The notes below the pieces were generated by a model. It was not told the DNA's origin, made no database searches, and saw only the letters and a list, made by a program, of their open reading frames with translations. Of a stretch of DNA of 64,000 bases, positions 61,201 to 64,000 are shown piece by piece. The translations under genes and the position numbers were made by a program. Within the stretch, counting starts at the first letter, position 1. Every line of letters starts with the position of its first letter. This DNA is from Longimicrobiales bacterium. Its GTDB lineage: Bacteria; Gemmatimonadota; Gemmatimonadetes; Longimicrobiales; Gaopeijiaceae. Location: contig OZ242008.1 of assembly GCA_965204735.1 (NCBI GenBank), positions 1,472,001 to 1,536,000 on the forward strand. The letters run 5' to 3'.

Positions 61201-64000
61201 GAACGGGGGTGCGGTCAGGGCCGCCAACCAGGTCGCCGTGAGTGTAGCGATACCGACGGCGTTGACGATAGTGGACGACCCGGCGTGGAAGGTGGCGGGC
61301 TCGACGCGCATCACGAGCGCTTCGGTGGGGCGGCCGCCGACGGGCAACGTGTTCGAGCGGGGCGACACGGTGGTGGTGACGATGGTCTACTCGGACTCGG
61401 TGGACGTGACGGGCGTTCCGACGGCGTGGCTGAACTTCGCGTCGGCTTCGCACAATCCGGCGCTGTACGCTTCGGGCACGGGCACGGACACTCTGAAGTT
61501 CCGCTACGTGGTGCAGTCGGGGGACGCCGACCCCGACGGCCTGAGCCTCTACGGCAACGCGATTCAGTTGACGGGGGGCTCGACGATCAGAGAGGCGGGC
61601 ACCACCACGAGCGCGTTCCACGACACGCCCTGGCCCCATCTGGGCCAGAACGCGCTCACGAACAGCCCGGACCACATAGTGGCGGGCGCGGAGCGCATCA
61701 CGAGCGTTTCGCTGGGGCCGCCGCCGGTGGGCGACACGTTCGAGCGTGGCGACACGATCAAGGTGATCGTCGTCTACAGCGGTTCGGTGGACGTGACGGG
61801 CGTGCCGACGGTGTGGATGAACATCGGGACGAACAACTTCGCGGGGGCGACGTACGCTTCGGGCACGGGCACGGACACTCTGGAGTTCCACCGCGTGGTG
61901 GAGGCGACGGATGTGGACGGCGACGGCATCAGCATCGGCGGCAACGCGCTGCAGCTGACGGGAACGCCGGCCTCGACGATCACGGATGCGGGCACCAACG
62001 TGGCCGTGCTTGGCGGAACGCCTTGGGGGACGTCGGTGAACGCGATCACGAACAGCGCGAACCACAAGGTGCAGGGCGGGACGTTCACGGCGTCGTCGGT
62101 GAGCGGGGTGACGATAGCGAGCAGCCCGTCGAGCGGGGACACGTACGAGCTGGGCGAACGGATCGAGGTCGAGGTGTCGTTCAACCGCAACGTGGTGGTG
62201 ACGGGTGCGCCGCAGCTGGCGCTTGAGATCGGGAGCGACACGGTGCAGGCGGCGTACGCTTCGGGCACGGGTACGACAGCGCTGGCGTTCCAGTACGCGG
62301 TGACGGCTGCGGACGCGGATTCGACGGGGATCAGCATCGGCGCGAGCGCGCTGGCGCTGAACGGCGGGATGATCGACGACGCCCGGGACACTACGGTGGC
62401 GGCGAGCCTGGGGCTGGGTTCGAACGCGATCGCGAACGCGACGGCGCACAAGGTGGACGGCGCGCAGGGGCCGCCGGGCGTGGTGGGCGTGGTCGTCGGT
62501 TCGCCGCTGGTGGGCGACACGTTCGAGCGTGGCGAGACGATCGAGGTGAAGGTCGCGTTCAACAAGTCGGTGGCGGTGACGGGGACGCCGCGGTTGGCGC
62601 TGGGGATCGGGAGCGCGACGAAGCAGGCGGACTACGCATCGGGCACGGGCACGGACACGCTGGCGTTCCGGTACGTGGTGGTGGCTGCGGACGCGGACGC
62701 GGACGGCTTGAGCATCGGGTCGGGCGCGCTGGCGCTGAACAGCGGGACGATCCGTGTGTCGGGCGGCGCGACGAACGCGGTGCTGGGGCTGGGCGTGCAC
62801 GCGATCACGAACAGCACGGGCCACAAGGTGGCGGGCGGCACGTTCACGACGTCGGCGCCGAGCGGGGTGGCGATCACGAGCGCTCCGGCGAGCGACAGCA
62901 CGTACGGTCGGACCGAGCGGATCGAGGTCGAGGTGTCGTTCACGCGCCCGGTGGTGGTGACGGGCACGCCGCAGCTGGCGCTGGCGATCGACACGCTGAC
63001 GCGGCAGGCGTCGTACGCGAGCGGGAGCGGCACGGCGACGCTGGCGTTCCACTACACAGTGGTGGCGGCGGACAGCGACTCGACGGGGATCAGCATCGGC
63101 GCGAGCGCGCTGACGCTGAACAGCGGGACGATCAACGACGCGCGTGACGGTTCGACGGCAGCGGGCTTGGGTCTGGGCAGCCACGCGATCGCGAACGCTG
63201 CGGCGCACAAGGTGGACGGGAACGTGGGTCCACCGAGCGTGACCGACGTGTCGTTCGAGTACGATCCGCACAACGCGACTTACGAGCGTGGCGAGCAGAT
63301 CGGGGTCCGCGTCCAGTTCCATCGCGCGGTAGACGTGACGGGGACGCCGCAGCTGGCGCTGGGGATCGGGAGCGCGACGCGTCAGGCGAGCTACGTGAGC
63401 GGGACGGGCACGACGACGCTCCTGTTCCGCTACACGGTGGTGCAGTCGGACAGCGACGGGAACGGGATCAGCATCGGCGCGAGCGCGCTGACGCTGAACG
63501 GCGGCACGATCCGGCTTTCGGGCGCGATGGTGGACGCGGTTCTGGACTTGGGTTCGCACGCGGTCGCGAACGAAGGCTTCCAAAGGGTGGACGGTTCGCA
63601 GTTCACGACGCCGTACCCGGGCGGCATGGCCGTCCGCAGCTCGCCGGCGAGCGCGAACACGTACCAGCTGGGCGAGCGGATCTTGGTGCTGGTGACGTTT
63701 ACGACCCCGGTGACGGTGACGGGCACGCCCCGGGTGGCGTTGGGGATCGGGAGCGCGACGCGGCAGGCGGAGTACGCGAGGGGGACGGGCACGCGGGACG
63801 TGTGGTTCCACTACACGGTGGCGGCTGCGGACGTGGACGCGGACGGGATCAGCATCGGCGGGAGCGCGTTGGCGCTGAACGGCGGCACGATCAACGACGC
63901 GCGGGCCGGCGGGTCGGCGGCGCTCCTGACCTTGGCGGGCGAGGCGTTCAGCAACGACGGGGACCACAGGGTGAACGGTGGCCTGGGCGCGCCGAGCGTG
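58208..64000 (+). CDS. Giant secreted Ig-like repeat protein / adhesin (>1930 aa, 3' end outside the window)
   Basis: Signal 'MPVARTALAAVGLLAAVGTTAPAPLSA-QTT'; the same frame is read at both ends; 15 repeats of ~125 aa 'TY..GD.IEV.V.F...V.VTGTPQLAL.IG..TRQA.Y.SG.G...L.FRY.V...D.D.DGISIG..AL.LNGGTI...HKVDG'; absent from the ORF track because there is no stop in the window. Confidence 0.88.
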   Translation, partial: MPVARTALAAVGLLAAVGTTAPAPLSAQTTVTVDSLRMLSSAGNDSTYVQGDTIRVGVYYSSNTDVNSIPSRLYLKIGTETRTALWTGPSDGCDCGSGGATWFRFRYVVQPEDVDADGITTDSLGAYDITAADGTAINGSLTGVAITNAAAHKVDGALGYPKVTGVTISSSAGADNTYNVDDTIAVTVAFDSTVAVTGTPQLALGIGSATRQANYASGTGSTALVFRYVVVVGDEDTDGISIGANALTLNGGTIRLGTKNAVLSSLASHAITNAAAHKVDTPPAVTDVVFPNSPAEGDSLWRRLEHMRVSVHFTKSVWVTGSPRLALTIGANTRQASYQSGSGSDSLVFSYRIEDTDEDTTGVSIGASALTLNSGTIKASSDSTDAALSLGSHAVSNAAAHKVDGITRFAGPVVFVTNPGADSTFAFGDQIIIDIYFNNLINSPGAGAVTLNVQIGTRTVPFAYTGVAPNYLSFTHYVTTDDIDADGLSLPENALSGSVSGGGRAAVTGLRGHAITNDPTRKVNGLLGLPDVQRTSITSDAGTDSTYVRGDVIEIGVVFDENVTVTGTPQLALTIGANTRQARYISGSGGDSLTFRYATLTTDADADGISYSANALTLNGGTIKGTVVYGDTTRNAHLGLKTHVVANGAAHKVDGSQGPPVVVGVAIASDAGADSAYVVGDTIEVDVVFVENVDVTGTPQLALTIGSQARQASYASGTGGDSLTFRYVAVAGDIDTDGLSIGESALTLNSGTIRRAGSTTVDASLGLSIYTVTNAAAHKVLAVQGLPHVTGTAITSDPGTDSTYAAGDTIEVAVVFNENVNVTGTPQLALEIGAATRQASYVSGTGGDSLTFRYVTVAADTDTTGISYSVDALTLNGGTIRRVATVLDAVVSLLTHVVTNDAAHQVRPTSNKVTGLSVNSAGPDSTFVRGDTMKVTLAFRETTVVTGVPRIRMWLGATSRWATYHSGSGTSELEFRYVVEVAINDGTGVGILADAVDLNGGAVRAANQVAVSVAIPTALTIVDDPAWKVAGSTRITSASVGRPPTGNVFERGDTVVVTMVYSDSVDVTGVPTAWLNFASASHNPALYASGTGTDTLKFRYVVQSGDADPDGLSLYGNAIQLTGGSTIREAGTTTSAFHDTPWPHLGQNALTNSPDHIVAGAERITSVSLGPPPVGDTFERGDTIKVIVVYSGSVDVTGVPTVWMNIGTNNFAGATYASGTGTDTLEFHRVVEATDVDGDGISIGGNALQLTGTPASTITDAGTNVAVLGGTPWGTSVNAITNSANHKVQGGTFTASSVSGVTIASSPSSGDTYELGERIEVEVSFNRNVVVTGAPQLALEIGSDTVQAAYASGTGTTALAFQYAVTAADADSTGISIGASALALNGGMIDDARDTTVAASLGLGSNAIANATAHKVDGAQGPPGVVGVVVGSPLVGDTFERGETIEVKVAFNKSVAVTGTPRLALGIGSATKQADYASGTGTDTLAFRYVVVAADADADGLSIGSGALALNSGTIRVSGGATNAVLGLGVHAITNSTGHKVAGGTFTTSAPSGVAITSAPASDSTYGRTERIEVEVSFTRPVVVTGTPQLALAIDTLTRQASYASGSGTATLAFHYTVVAADSDSTGISIGASALTLNSGTINDARDGSTAAGLGLGSHAIANAAAHKVDGNVGPPSVTDVSFEYDPHNATYERGEQIGVRVQFHRAVDVTGTPQLALGIGSATRQASYVSGTGTTTLLFRYTVVQSDSDGNGISIGASALTLNGGTIRLSGAMVDAVLDLGSHAVANEGFQRVDGSQFTTPYPGGMAVRSSPASANTYQLGERILVLVTFTTPVTVTGTPRVALGIGSATRQAEYARGTGTRDVWFHYTVAAADVDADGISIGGSALALNGGTINDARAGGSAALLTLAGEAFSNDGDHRVNGGLGAPSV

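Noticed and set aside
57887..63967. 2026-aa minus-strand ORF
   Set aside because: Arg-rich antisense shadow of the + strand repeat adhesin; no plausible protein features

Overview
High-GC bacterial chromosomal segment; gene order and style suggest a Gemmatimonadota-like, possibly host (sponge)-associated organism, but this is inference only. The backbone is a + strand run of housekeeping genes: aspS (5' truncated), phoH, 7TM-HD phosphohydrolase, ybeY, mgtE, meaB, methylmalonyl-CoA mutase large domain, secD, secF, tatD, mutL, miaA, bshA, uppP, birA, coaX, groES, groEL, then thrS, infC, rpmI, rplT, pheS, pheT, zapB-like, zapA, soxC. Many are joined by 4-nt stop/start overlaps and carry short in-frame tandem-repeat expansions. 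Accessory DNA interrupts this backbone. (i) An RCC1-repeat lipoprotein and an Ig-like/zincin lipoprotein lie between meaB and the mutase. (ii) A low-GC orphan has a heptad repeat. (iii) Two near-identical Rpn (PD-(D/E)XK, Transposase_31) modules, each with an intragenic SD+ATG, bracket groESL and a defence island. (iv) After groEL come a lipoprotein, a secreted HExxH protein, a decayed copy of the groEL 3' region, a coupled ATPase / STAND-like ATPase-TPR pair with a triple palindromic operator, a helicase with a frameshifted DUF2290, and a degenerate ABC ATPase with a truncated partner. (v) An internally deleted IS1634 is followed by a frameshifted sacsin-like ATPase-DUF3883 gene. (vi) An orphan vapB sits beside a vapC stub. 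(vii) A >1930-aa secreted repeat adhesin, absent from the ORF track, runs off the window end and is preceded by a C16 tract that could switch its reading frame. No rRNA, tRNA, CRISPR array or integrase was recognised.
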